Part shown: one piece after another, positions 1 to 13,654 of the stretch
Layout: the number at the start of each line of letters is the position of its first letter
How positions within the stretch are numbered: position 1 is the first letter of the stretch
NCBI RefSeq assembly: GCF_000150275.1
Contig: NW_002060948.1
Span: 1,982,918 to 2,046,917, forward strand
Direction of reading: 5' to 3'
DNA length: 64,000 nt
Origin: Trichoplax adhaerens
Lineage: Eukaryota; Animalia; Placozoa
Notes under the pieces: model-generated
Databases searched by the model: none
Told to the model about the DNA's origin: nothing
What the model saw: only the letters and a program-made list of their open reading frames with translations
Translations under genes and position numbers: made by a program

Positions 1-1977
1 AACTTACGTCATTATTGTAAGATTCACTTTGCTAACGAGCTTAGCTAATAGTCATGATTTACAAAACTCAATCTTAGGTAGTGATAAAATTAAAGAAATC
101 CACCATTGATCGGGCATTGTACTAGATCGGCTATCGCTTCCAGAGCTAATTTACTCTACGTCCAATGCAGTTCACTAATAATTATATCCTATTCAGTGGA
201 ACTGCTATATCATGCTATCATTTCTTTATAAAGGCTGAGAAAGATACAAATACAGCCTTTTTTCCAAACGAATTTGAAAAGTTTGTACGTTAGAAACCAA
301 TCAGTAGACAGTACCAAAAATTACTCTTGTGCTTTATTTCAGATTTTTTCTACTGTAGGTAGCTAAATTGCCGACATGTCCAGTACAGTATGCAGCGCGT
401 TATGAATAACTGGTCTCGATACTGTACAGTAGTTGTTTCTCTTTAGGCCATCATTTACTGCAAACAATTAGTTCCTTTATGATTCAAGTTACTTTACAAT
501 TCCTAAATTTAGTCATAGATATTGCAATTAAAGTCTTCCATGAGTACGTTTTAGTCATTGCTGTGATGAATACGATATAAAATACTGTATTCATCTCTAA
601 TTATACAGTACAATACTCATATCATACGGATAATAACTTTGTAACTTAGTGATCAGCAACTATGCATCCAGTAATAGTGTTGTACACTGCAGTGTTGGTT
701 GCAGTCTTGAATCAAAGAGGAACTTCCCTGAAAATTTTATTCAAACTTTGGTCATTCCTGTAATAGCAAAGGCAACTTTTTGAGGAACTTGTGCTTCTAC
801 TGACTACTATATTTACTTTTGATCGATTCCAGCGTTACGCGTATAAAAAAAAAATAAACACTTTCATCGCAGGTCGGTAGCACATCACTTATTACACAGT
901 ACTCGTTTTATACGTTCAAATCTCAACTAGCAGTTAATAAGGGAATTGCTACATCATTTTCACCTGGTTGCGCTTATTGCAAAAGTCGTCTCAATTACAT
1001 TTGATGTCATAGACAGTGATTGACGAAAGCTTGCCGGAGAAAAAGCTATTTCGCTCCAGCTTTCATCAACCAAATAAAGTTGAGTACCGAATCTGCTTTC
1101 TTTTCTTCTCCAACTCATATGTATTTGTTACAGTGTACAGTACTGTACTTTGTAGTGCATTTTATTGACGCAGTTTCTGCTTTCTGCAGCAGAACTGCAT
1201 TGTTTATAAAGTTGTTGATGAAGCTTAGTTGGATGATAGTTTTAGTGAGCGTTATTGAGCGTCCTAATCGACCAGTATGACTATTGGCTCTAGATGTATT
1301 GGGTATAAAAATCTTGCTAGATTACATTGAATTGAATTGTACTAAGGGGGAAGCGCATTCAACTATTGCTCTAGTGTTACCGATCGATTTTATTTATATT
1401 TACTCTATTGAATATTGAATACCGCTATTCTTTTCCATTTTGGCAATGCTATTACATCGCTATGAATTCAAATTTGACTTTTTCCTTGACCAAATTCGTC
1501 ACCCTTTATTGTTTTTTTTGTCACATCCTGGCGCTTCATTAGTTTCGGTTACTAGGTATTACTTAATCGCAATATCGGTTGCATACTTTTGGAAATACGT
1601 AATGGCCCATGCACTTGTTAGACGTGTGATTCATCATTTGTATGATATGCTCACCCACTCAGAGCTCATCTTTACATTACTGTAGGATAGCAGTTTTATA
1701 TATTGTATAGTCGTTGGCTTAGGATTACACTTGATCAATTTGGTTGCAATTTGGAAATGATGAGAGAATACTTTATACATGAAATTATCAACCATGATCG
1801 TCAATGAGTGGATATCTCGGAAGCAAGCGATTACGATTGTTTCTGCAAGTGGTTGTATGTAACTGTAATTTAAAATTTGATTGCTACGCCAAGAATTCAA
1901 TGCCACGGTTGTACATGTTTTTTTCTTTTCTCAATGATGTTTATTTTGCGTTGGTTGCATTAGAAAAGAAATTGAAC

Positions 1978-4900
1978 ATGGCCTTAGCCAGTGCCAATGC
2001 AAGCACCAGCGCAAATGCCAGCGACAGCAATTTGCCTCGATTTGAGGCTTGCAATCCCAATTTAGAAAGAACAGAAAAAGACGTTATAGCTGCTAAGCAG
2101 CTAACTTCTCTTCGCCAAGGTATTGATCTCGTTCCAAGCCCAACTGATCATTCTATTCTTGATTCATTTGGATCCATTTTTGTCATCCTGTCTTCAAAGT
2201 TGCACAAGTATTATACTTATAGCATAACAGCCCGCTACTGAGCATGAATGGATTTGTTTATTGAGATGCATTTGACAGTTATTGACTGATGGGCAACCAA
2301 TCATCCATGATGGACGTATATAAACAGTACCGGACAGTTTATACTGTACACTGTACACTGTGCAGTCCAGTAGCGCAGGCTAGCGTCGACTACAGTGCGA
2401 AGTACTGTAGTGGGACTGGACTGAAGGACTGTGGACTTCAAGGATTGATTTGCAACAACAACTGTACCGGTCAGTCAGTACCTAGTCGAAGAAAGTGGAC
2501 TCAGTGTAGACTAATAGCGTAGTTGCTGCCTCGGCCATTTTCGAACCTCGAATACTGGATGATGGGGAAAAAAATAATAACAGCTGGCCTAGTCTGTAGT
2601 TGGCTGGGCATCAGCAGGACCTACCGGTAGTAACAATAGCATTACAGTATTGGCAATGACGACGCCGTAGAGGTATTGATCAAGGTGCCGAGAGATACTA
2701 CTGTACTCTACTGTGTAGTGTATGAAGATAGAAGATGACAGACATAACAAACATTTTACCATACGGTTTTCACTTTGCAGCCCTTGATAACATCAACAAG
2801 GGCTGTCTGGCTTTTCCTTCTATGTCCTCTGTACTGTAGGTGTTTGACAGTAGCGTTGCATCTTGCCTACCATCGAGTTAATCAATGGCATAGTATGCAT
2901 TTTAGTGCACAATGGGCGCTTACAAGCGTAGGCAATCCATGTTGATTGATTTGCAACACTGTCACATGACTGGAAGATACATAGCATTAGCAATCATGGT
3001 ACTCTTGGTAGAAAATGAAAGATTGATTTAGGCTGAAGAATACAGTATGTACAGTATATTGTTGATGCTAGTGCTGTAGTTTGATCAGTATTTCCATCTT
3101 GACTCCATACCAATTTGAAGAGTGTCGCATGACTGTACGGATAGCAACGACTATGGTCATAGGCCATATCATGGACTGCAGAAAATTGAAGATTGCCATT
3201 ACATGCGCTGAATAGTGTTATTATATTATTATTTATGCAAGTAGTTCCATCACTTCTTCCATCTTATACTGAATATGTCATACACTCTTTACATTGGTGC
3301 TCATTGGACAATCCATCATGCAAATTCATTTCATGTCTTACTCAGCTATTCTCCAGCAACCTGGATTGATGAAAAATTATCTTACTGCCAATAGAATTTT
3401 AATGACAGTATACGCCTACAGTATGTATGCATCCAATTATTGTTAATAGCTAGTCAGTCAAGAAATCGTCACCGGAACTGACACAGGCCTACTAAACCCA
3501 TTTCTACAATAAATACTTAATGAGATTTTTTTGACATATCCCTATGAATGAAATCCTGGTAATCTAAAACGAAAATTATTCTATCGTATCATGGATGAAA
3601 CGGTACTTAACTTTGATCATGTTCTAAATTATAGGAATAGAAGATAAGGACCATGCAATTTTAAACGATGATTTACAAATCATCACCCAAAATTCAACAA
3701 TGTGGTCAGATTATCCACAATCTCATCATCCGGATGAGATAGAAACGATTACTAAAGAAATCCAGGGTCCTCGCGAGACTGCAAATTACAATCCACAGTT
3801 ACTTCGAAGAGGTAATTTATCAATTATGATTAGTACCCGTTTTACAGAATACATTGGCATCGTACAATTTCAATTAGTAATACTCAACATTTCTAAGTGA
3901 TAATATTTAAATTGATGTTTCCTTTTTTAGCTGACAGCAAAAAAAGCAGAAGAGAGAGAGCACCTAAATTTATACAGTCTGCAGTAGATAATTTTGCACC
4001 AGGTGAACAATTCGCCAGCTATTCTGCTAGAGGCCCTAAACCTCCATTCAATTTTAAGCATATCGATCCCACTGAATTACATCAATCAACTACGTCAGCG
4101 TCGGTTGGAAAGGACGACCTGCCACAAAACAACTCAAAGCGTGAAAATAGTAATAGGACATTAACGGAGAATTCTGCTGACGTATCGGCTAAAAAGAGCA
4201 CTGCTATGTATCCCGGTGACAATAAGCAGATTCTTCAAAATGCTAATCAAAGTGTTACAGGCCAGGATCATGTGTAAGTTACAGTACTCAACGTAACACC
4301 TTTAATAGCAATTGGCTCTCTCTTACTGGGGTATATAGAGATGGTAGTCTCGTTGAGTTGCATTACGATCCCTTTTACACACATAGTATCATTGAAGCAG
4401 TTGGGTAACTTAAATATCCTGAGATCATTTATTGATTAATTTCAATTGAATAGGAATGGTCATAGCACGCGCCACCGGATCAAAAGACCGCACGACAATC
4501 AAAGTGACAAGACTTATGATGGTAAGCGTGCTATTCGAAAATCAATGGAGAGCTATCGTCGAGATATGAAAGAAGCCGTTGATGTAAAATCATCTGAGCT
4601 TGGCGGTATCACTACTGATATTAAAAATAGATCAACCAATAGATCAACGGATAAATCATCCAGGAGTTATTCTTCTACAGGTAAAATTGACAAACAGTTC
4701 GATCCAGTTTCTGAACAAGCAACAATGTCACCATCACGTGTTGAAAATTTGACTTCAACTGGATTATCATCATCAATGGCTGCTCCTACATCCTTTGGAG
4801 CTAGTACTTACTCATCTAGTCATGTTAATATATTCACTAGCGTTGGCGGGTCTGCAGTTACGCCATCAATACCAATAATGGAGCATCCAAGCAGTTGCTT

Positions 4901-7900
4901 CAGAGACGAAACCATGAGAAATGTTGGTATTCCTCATGGTGCTAGTGAACGAGCCGTTGTTGAAGTAGCAGCCGGTTATCATGCAATTCCTGGTCCTATA
5001 TATATAACCGGTCCATCAATCAGTAGCTACTCTACTGGTTCTGCTTTTCCAAGTACTCTTACTACTAGTGGAGTACAAGCTTGGCCGCATGCTGTCGACG
5101 CATCTATGTATTACCCTATACAATTTCAGCGTCAACACCCAGTCGCAAATATGCCTCAATCAAGTGCAGAATCCCTTAGCGGGTCAGCTATACTTAGACG
5201 TTCAGTCAATAGTAACACCAGTACATCTGTCAGTAAAATATCTACTTGTACCGTATTATCAAGTGATACAAATTCTACTTCATCATCTCAAGTTGCGATT
5301 GTTACTACATCTGCGGGTGCTAGTCTCCCAGATCCTACTGCTATCGCATTAAGTGTTGTACAATCAGCTGTGGCACCATCTCAGATTGAAAATACCGGAG
5401 CCATTCCAAATCCCTCTTCTTGGGCTCCTGTAAGTTGACCATTATGATGAATTGTTTAGAAAATTTTATCAATTATTTGTATTATTAATTGAATATACTA
5501 TCTTAATTTACAATTTAGATCTTACCGGCTCCAGGTCGTTATAGGTAATGAAATTATCTTGTTGTGTGTCACTAAGATAGATCTAAGGAGATAATGAATC
5601 AAAAATTTTCACATTGGATTAATGTATAATCGTTTCATTTTTCCAATGTAGTCCATCAGTTCTTGTCAATACCCAGGTAGTTTGCCCTGTTTGTAAAAGA
5701 TCTTTCAAGTCATCACGCTCGCTAAATGGTCACATGAGGCTTCACGGTGGTTTTGACAAGAATCGGGTATGATTATACAGCATTGTCAGGCACTAATTTT
5801 CTTGGTACATTAGTAGTTAGTATTTTATTGACATTTCATTCAAAATAGGTACAAAATGATGATGATTCGCGTAAAAGAAAGGCTGAAAATTCTGTAAGGG
5901 AAAGAGATAACTCTGGCACAAACTATAATACGGATAAATCAAATAACGAAATGAAAGAACTAGATTCTGTGGATGTTCTAGCTGTACGGCAATTGAATAC
6001 TCGCCCTAAGAGTGCGGCTACCGATACCATGGCAATATCCAGCAATATATCTGACGCTGATGCAGATCACAAACGTCATAAACCCAAACCGAGACCAGCT
6101 CCTTTGGATTTTCATAGCAATATTAATCAAATCGATAATTCTGGCAGATCATCTAGGCTACGACTGCGATTGGATACAAGTTTAAGCAATAGCGCAAACA
6201 GTGGAAGTAGTACTCCACCACCTTATACTCCTCCTCCTATGTTAACACCGAACCGAAAAAGCAACTACATATTTTCACCAACACTGCTGCATCCTAATTC
6301 TTCTGGTGGCGCTTCACAACTTAGACGGCGTAAGTAAGGTGTTGTATTTTTTTTCCAAATTTTGAACTAAATCTTATGATTACTATTGAATTTTCAGGTA
6401 CTAGTTCTAGTGCAGATAGTTATGACAGTGAGAGCTCCGATGATGATGCCGAAAGACTTGTTCCGTAAGTGATATCAAAAGAAATCCATATGATTTTTAA
6501 TTATATGATTTTTTTAACACTGTGCTATAATGTTTTGCAGTAAAATTAATGTAGGTGAAAGCTTTCAAGCAGAAATTCCTAGCTATGTTGGAGGTACATT
6601 TATTACCACACATATACCACGTTATTCTACAGAAGTATTCGATACAGTATCGTTTATTTAATGTTGTTATTTCATTTATAGATACAATAGATGTAACTGC
6701 TGAGGAAGACCATGCAGATCGCATTTTTATCTGTTCAGATGATCTTAATAGAGAGGAAGAAGGTGAAAGTACGTTTTATAGAAATTTTCTTCTTTTGTTA
6801 TCTATTAATAAAGTTTTATTAATAAATAAAAAGTTACTTGATACGTGTCAAAATCACAAAAAATGATATACTTGTAATAATGTACACATATAGTTGAAAA
6901 TTACCTTGAGTTTGCCTGCTCAGATGGTGTGCCTTTTGGGGGCAGAAATAAAGAATTTGCTTTGCATTGCCTGTATAAAGCTCAAGGAAACGTAAAGGTA
7001 AATCTTTAATGCTATCATATTATAATGCAAACTAATTGGCTCTAAGTACATTAATTGTCATTTCGTCAGCGAGCTCTACGTATGCTTTTACAAATGGAAT
7101 CCTGGTACAAAGAAACTGATGCCTTTTTAACCTATCATTATACAGGTACTCTACTTGCATTTGTAATTCAAGAATTATACTTGGATAAAAAGAGTAACTA
7201 AAATGATACTATCTATTATATTTACAGGCAGCTGCTGTTGGAGCGAAAAAGAAAAGAAAGCGTTTTATGAAGCGTACAGAGAACATCAGAAAGACTTTGT
7301 AGCAATTAATAAAGCGGTATCTGTTTTCCCCATTTTTAAAATAGAATTTCTTGTTGTATTTATACTAACCTTCAAAATGCAATACTTAGGTTCGAACTAA
7401 GACAGTCGAAGAATGTGTTGAATATTATTATTTATGGAAAAAGCTCTTCCCTGTGCAGTATCGTCGAAGAACACCTTATGTAATTATTAAAATGCACATG
7501 CATAGAAGAAGACATATGGGCTTATAGTGGTCCATACTTTAGTGACATTATTTTCAAAAGAGATTGATAATCCATTTTTTCACTAGGAATCGGAGCCTAG
7601 TGTTCCCAGGAGAGTGCGTAGAACATATCAACGTCGCTCTGTGTCCGTGTCTCCTGATACACGAAAAACTGCTGGTGCTGCAAGCAGTGAGAAAAGTAAA
7701 AGTGATAACAGTAGTGGCTTGTTCGTGTGTAACATTGGTGGATGTACAGCTGTAAGTGTGTTATGGCACAATAGTAAGATAATAATTTCTATTTTTGAAT
7801 GTAAGTTCATTGCAATGAAGGAATCTGCTTCTCTTGTACAGTCTTTTTCGTCGAAGCAGGCTTTAAATGGTCACATCCGTGTCCATGGTGGAAGACTAGT

Positions 7901-8372
7901 AGCAAAGTTGGTGTAAGTTATTCTTAACGTATGATTATAATAATATTAAAGATGCCTACAATTTAATAATGCGTAAAATAATTATATGTTTTATTACATA
8001 GTCAGGCAAAGTCTTCAGATTCTCAACCTAACAAGGTTAGAAGGCCAAAATTTGCACATCGGCGTGAGGATAATGCACAAGGTAACAAAAAGCATAAAAC
8101 CGGTCCCAAGAGCCAAAAAGTAAACAAAACGCAAACCAATGGCAATGAGCCAATGTCTTTTATATGTAAAGTTTGTGGAAGGTAAAAAAAATTTATGAAC
8201 ATCGTTTATTAAATGCTTATTTTATGATAGAATTTAAATTGTAACTGTGATAATAATAGTCAATATTGTAATTACAATCAGGGAATTTTCCAAACTGAAA
8301 AGCCGCAGTGCTCATATGAAAACTCATAAAAGAGCTGATGATGATTCTAAATCGAAAAAATCTAAAGATTAA
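1978..8372 (+). CDS. ELM2-SANT and C2H2 zinc-finger transcriptional corepressor, TRERF1/MIDEAS(ELMSAN1)/ZNF541 family (multi-exon; first exon tentative)
   Basis: Phase-consistent exons: 1978-2119 (tentative first), 3635-3811, 3931-4273, 4454-5429, 5519-5544, 5652-5766 (ZnF CPVCKRSFKSSRSLNGHMRLHGG), 5849-6329 (PPPYTPPPMLTP motif), 6398-6464, 6541-6593 (ELM2 start PKINVGESFQAEIP), 6682-~6765, 6894-6998 (NYLEFACSDGVPFGGRNKEFALHCL), 7070-7145, 7229-7316 and ~7391-7479 (SANT: WSEKEKKAFYEAYREHQKDF...KTVEECVEYYYLWKK), ~7587-7751 and ~7842-7911 (ZnF ...SKQALNGHIRVHGG), 8002-8181 and 8282-8372 (ZnF CKVCGREFSKLKSRSAHMKTH), TAA at 8370-8372. Confidence 0.88.
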
Positions 8373-10278
8373 TGACATAACCAATGGAAAGCGTTTTATT
8401 CATAGTTTACGATGCATTATTTCAATAAGAAGTATCAATTGATTACACATTTTGCTCTTTAAATTTTATCGAATCTACGACATGATATTTAACGCAACAT
8501 ATACGTAAATGTATGTCCGTTACTTTGATAGATTACAGAAAAATGCCTATCACAATATTTTTAGATCTTGTAGCAGTATGGTAATTTGGTGTAGTATAGA
8601 CATAAGCAGTATAATTCTTTATCGTTTATATTAAGGCATCTTATACGAATGAACTCGTACAAAACTAATATTGATTTTATCTTGATTTAATTTTTGTCGA
8701 TCATATTCTACTACTGTATGTAAAAATATTTATACTACTTACCGGTAGAATCTCATTATCTTATCGAATATTGTCGTAAATAGATTCGAAATTATTCATT
8801 ATTAAGTTAAAAACTTCGTCGACCACTTTATGAAAAGAAGATTGTATACCTTGAATTACTTACGGTATTGCAGATACGGATGCAAAATTGCTTGAAATGA
8901 AAATGTTTAGACGCTTGGTTTACTGATGTTGTAGGCCGAAGAAGAGAAGAGAATTTGTAAAAATTGGACATTTATTAATACATTCATTATCCTTTTGAGT
9001 ACTAAAAATATGGGATACTGAAGCTGCTTCAAAAGTATCCAAAATGTTGTGTTTCCTTTGCAATGATTGTAATATTTGACTGTATATTCCACTTCTTAAG
9101 TTGCCTGATAACATTGTGTGGATTAATTTTCTGAATGTAAAATATTATCTAGAATACTTACTTGTCATGGCATCATAATTCATATATTCGTATGCTAGTT
9201 ATCTATACCCTTTACCTGTTTTTCGTTCTTCGTATGGTATATATTATATATAGTATGGTATTGGTGATGTATATTGTCATAAATGATAAGTTGATATGAA
9301 ATACTCTTATAAAATATGTTTGTACACGATGTACAGCGATTACTTATGCTTAAAATTTATTCATTATACTCTACTATAGCTTATTATTCGGAATGATTTT
9401 AATTTAAAACTGTTTATTTAGGTGCACTTAAGTGTCATCTAAATTAATAATAGCACTGCCTACCGAGTGCTTATGTTTTCAGGATGTATTTGCATATCTT
9501 AAGGTATGGTAATTGTATGACTATCGATATAGTCGATTTTCTTTTCAATGACATGAATAAAATTTCATATTTTAATAAAAGTAAATGTACGTTTTGAGCT
9601 CCAACTGTCTCAATGTATCCCGTTCATTAAAGTATGGTACGAAAATCAAATCAAACAGATATTACTTGACCCATTGCCAAATTGATGTACGTGTATTATT
9701 TATGTTGCTTTAAGCACTGTGCAGTGGATGTAATTAACTATTGATTGACACAAGAATTGGAAGTTTTATTACTATATTGATATTCTTTATTTTTATATTG
9801 TTATGATCACAGTATTACATTAACGGGAACTTCGAAAATCTCATCATGTCGCACACATGGTAGTAAGATCTTTGACTTTCATGCAGAGTTGTTGAATGTA
9901 TTACAATGAATTTCAAGTTTGTTCACTGCCAGAAAATAGTACGCAACATCTGCATGCTATAAAGTGATTTATACCGCTAGTGTTGTCACGAGCTATAGTA
10001 AAGTTTTTAAAAAATATTACCGAATAAATACTATAGCAATAATAACTCCAATATTGTGTGATAGGGTAAGACATGCTGTTATGACCGATTCTATGTTGTG
10101 ATGTTCATTGAATATTGCCATTAGTACGGTACTATTACCTATTTGATCATGTTTCGAAATCCTGAATATGATACAATAGCAAAATCATAGTAAATCGAGC
10201 TAAATATATACCACATGAGTTAGAGTGGATTTAATAAGCATATAATAATAAAAGACAACAACGTCGGAGCAAAGGCCT

Positions 10279-12754
10279 TTAATCAATTCCTTCAGTTTCC
10301 GATCCAGGGGATTGAGGATATCCTTCCTGTAGAATAGTAAAAGGCCGAATAATAATAATTACTCTGACTTAATAAAATCACGTTGAAAAAATAGATGGAC
10401 GAGAAATATTGCATTTGAAGTGTGTCACCGAAATTAAAGTCAATAAAAAATGTGAAGTAAACGGGTTACAAGGTGTTTCGATTAGTGTAACAAACCTTTG
10501 CCAATTTAGGTAATTCCTCAATTATCATTTGAATAACTTCTGGTGGTAGAGCCTGTTGAAACATGCGAAGCATCTGCTGAGGTTGGCCACATACGGAAAG
10601 GGCATTAATGAAATGTTTTACAGCAGATTGATTATCGCCTAGCAAATAACCATCAAAAATGGAGTTAGACGCAAAATTTAAGCTACTCATCATTAGTCAT
10701 ACAGTATATATTATATATGCAGGTAGGCATGACAGCATCAAGTTTCTTTCTTATGTTGTACTGTACTGGTAGCATTGCAAATAGTACAGTAAGTGATAAC
10801 TATTACCGTACTATGTGTACTGATTATGGCAATAAATCCTTAAAAGTATTACGGCAAAGGTGATACTGAATAGAAAAGGTTTCCATGAACATTGAAACAT
10901 TGCAATTATGATATCTACAAGCAAAGTATCGATTCCGCCAAACCTGATCTAACCAATTCTTCTCCAAGGCTAATTTCTCTAATTAAAAATTGTTGCATTG
11001 CCTCAGGATCTCTAAAATCGGGGAACTTGGACTGTAATTATTCAATGAGAAAAAGTATCTTTTGTCAAATGGCTGATTTGAGATAGACCACAACCTTTAA
11101 TGATTACTTGATACAACTATTTTTATATTTTAATCAAAGGATGAAGGTGTCAATTGTAATCTTTTTGAGAGTGTACATTACTGAGTAGTTATTAAAATAT
11201 TCAGGATAAGAGCATTGAGCAAAGTTAACCATGAGGTTACAATTACTACTACTGGATATATTTCATACCGCTTCTTTATCTTCAGCCGCCTTCAACTTCT
11301 TTTGTTTCTCTCTGTCTGTGAGTAATTTCATAAAGCAATGGTATCAATTAGATATGTGAAATAGAACTAATAACCCGATTTAATAATATGAAACGTCCTC
11401 GTATTACCCTAGCGGTAATTCTATTGATGTCGTAACATATTGCATTTATTGTGTACTGCATAATCTAGCCCTTGGCAAGATATCAATAATATTATAATCG
11501 TTAAAAGATCAGCACTTTTCGCCTTGATATTTATCGTCGTAGTATATGCTGTACTATGCAAAAAACACTGTTGCAGCACATGAATGACAGTTAATATGTA
11601 CTATTGAAGTATTCCAACTGGAAATGCATGTTTCTCTGCACGTTTGCAATCATAAGCGTTCCAACTTTAGCATCGATCGATTGATTGTACAGTACGTCAA
11701 GGACATGTTGGTCTTATATTACAATAGTCAGGCAATTACGTACAAGTTTAGCGCATATGGGCTACTAAACAGGATATCAAGTGACGATCATTCATCTACA
11801 GTTTTGAGTTTTATTCTGCAAACTGGCAGCCGCTCTTAACTGATCTACACCATACAGTAAGAACTGTAGTATTTACTCCTACTGTAACAACACATTCCTT
11901 GTCAGTCAGCAGTGCTTGAATGGAAATAGCATTTGCAGAATTCAAGCGACGAAAGTAGCTCGAATGGCAGTTATGAAGACAAAAAGAGTAATCGATGACT
12001 GGAATCAGGTAATTTAATTGATGTACGTGTAATCATCCGCAATCAGTGAATGCGGCGATCAGTCAGTCCCTAGAGTCGTATTCGCAGCTAGCGAGTCTAA
12101 CTTGCAGCTTGTAGAATCATTTGAAGACTAAAAGTTGATCTTATGCTGTACAATCCATGATTGCTAAGGATGGACTTTGACGTTAGTCGATCCGTTGGGT
12201 AGTATTACAGCTTGACTAAATTGAACGTATGGCTACTAGTCTAAAGACTTTTAATTCATCTAAATTAATTACATTACTCCATCCATGTCTACGACTGTAA
12301 AGCTGGTTACAGCGATGACTTTTGTATCCATCGTAGGGAAGAAGTGTCTACTATATGCACGCATTTTGCATGGACAATTGCACATATCATCGTTTGCAAC
12401 CTATACTATGTACAGTAAGTCGATTATCTTGTAGTCAAAGAGATGGACAGCATTGCATTTACTATCTAACATTGAATAATATGTGTTGTGCTGCTATGGC
12501 AGCCTTGGAGAATGATCGATTGACTCATGACTGTATTCTTATCCAGGGCAGTAAAATCAATCGCCATTGAAAGGTTGGTAGTCGCCTGTGCGCAATGGTA
12601 TAACACGAGTTTGCAGTGGATCAAACTTACTTTGCTTGACTTTTTGCCTATACAGCGGATCATTTCGTCTTTTTCTATCGAAATAAATACAGTAGCCAAC
12701 AAAACATGCCACACCGACACCTGCAGCTACCATAAGAGTTTTACTGGAAGGCAT
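10279..12754 (-). CDS. TOMM20: Mitochondrial import receptor TOM20
   Basis: Exons 12754-12631 (signal anchor VAAGVGVACFVGYCIYFDRKRRNDPLYRQKVK), 11315-11269, 11031-10944 (FPDFRDPEAMQQFLIREISLGEEL), 10638-10496 (VKHFINALSVCGQPQQMLRMFQQALPPEV), 10326-10279. All junctions are GT-AG with compatible phases. Confidence 0.95.
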
Positions 12755-13654
12755 TTTTTTAAAGTTTTGGCAAGGCTATCCTGGACAATTTGCGATACTT
12801 TTAGACCTAACTAAACTTCTAGGCGAGCTCGTGGCCTCTTCTTGAGTAAGATGGCGCCGAAGTCCCCTTTAACCGTGGCCTCGTCGTTCCTCTAGCCCGG
12901 TATAGTATCATCGATGACGGTAGCAAATTGGACGTCCGTCAACTATAGTACAGTATAGGAAATTTCGTCCCGTCCAGACCAGTCCACTAGCATACCCGGA
13001 ACTACAGTACTGCAAGAGATCCTTGTACTGTACTGAAGTACTGTAATACTGTAATGATGGCTAGAAATGTACTGTAGACTGTCGTGTCACACATATCACG
13101 TCAGTCAGTAGTCAGTCGTTACGGTCGAAGGACTAGGATCGCTAACAGCAGTGCCAGCCTCTATCAAAACATATTGTACTAGGAAAATTGCAGCAGTCCG
13201 CGGTCGGTCACGTGGAGTAGGTCAAGGACTTTTGCTGTTGCGCAGTGACGACTGCGCAGGGGTGACTAGAACTGTCATTCACGATCCTTGGCCAAGCGCT
13301 ACGGGACAGCGGACGGTGGACAAGCGATTGCAGGACCTCTAAGGATCCTGGGAAGGCTGAAAAAAGCAAACAATAACAATGCCTCGGGTACAATGGAGGG
13401 GGTCCACTAGTGGACAAATACTGTGCCTATGACGGTACTAGTCGAAACTTCAAGGGAATAGACTAGCGTAGAAGCTGTAGCGGTGTACTACATCATGATG
13501 TTGATGGACAGCACAATACGTACTGAACTGAACCGTACCGAACTGAACCGCACCGAACTGAACCGCACTAGCTAAGGCATATTAAACAATCAAAAGGCGA
13601 TCCATGTAATCTTGGTTAATTAAATATTAAGTTAACTTAAAATTAAAAAGAAAA
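12755..13654. promoter_or_regulatory. Putative bidirectional promoter between TOMM20 and the PP2A B56 gene
   Basis: Head-to-head ATGs about 900 bp apart (12754 on -, 13655 on +). Visibly GC/CpG-richer than the flanks, with clustered TACAG/CTGTA pentamers. Confidence 0.65.

Noticed and set aside
1-1900. Short ORFs at 1020-1906
   Set aside because: No motif or exon-like phase consistency; probably upstream, UTR or intron sequence.
11316-12630. Possible intronic snoRNA in the long TOMM20 intron 1 (human TOMM20 hosts an H/ACA snoRNA)
   Set aside because: No convincing box or hairpin structure seen by eye; would need a covariance-model search.
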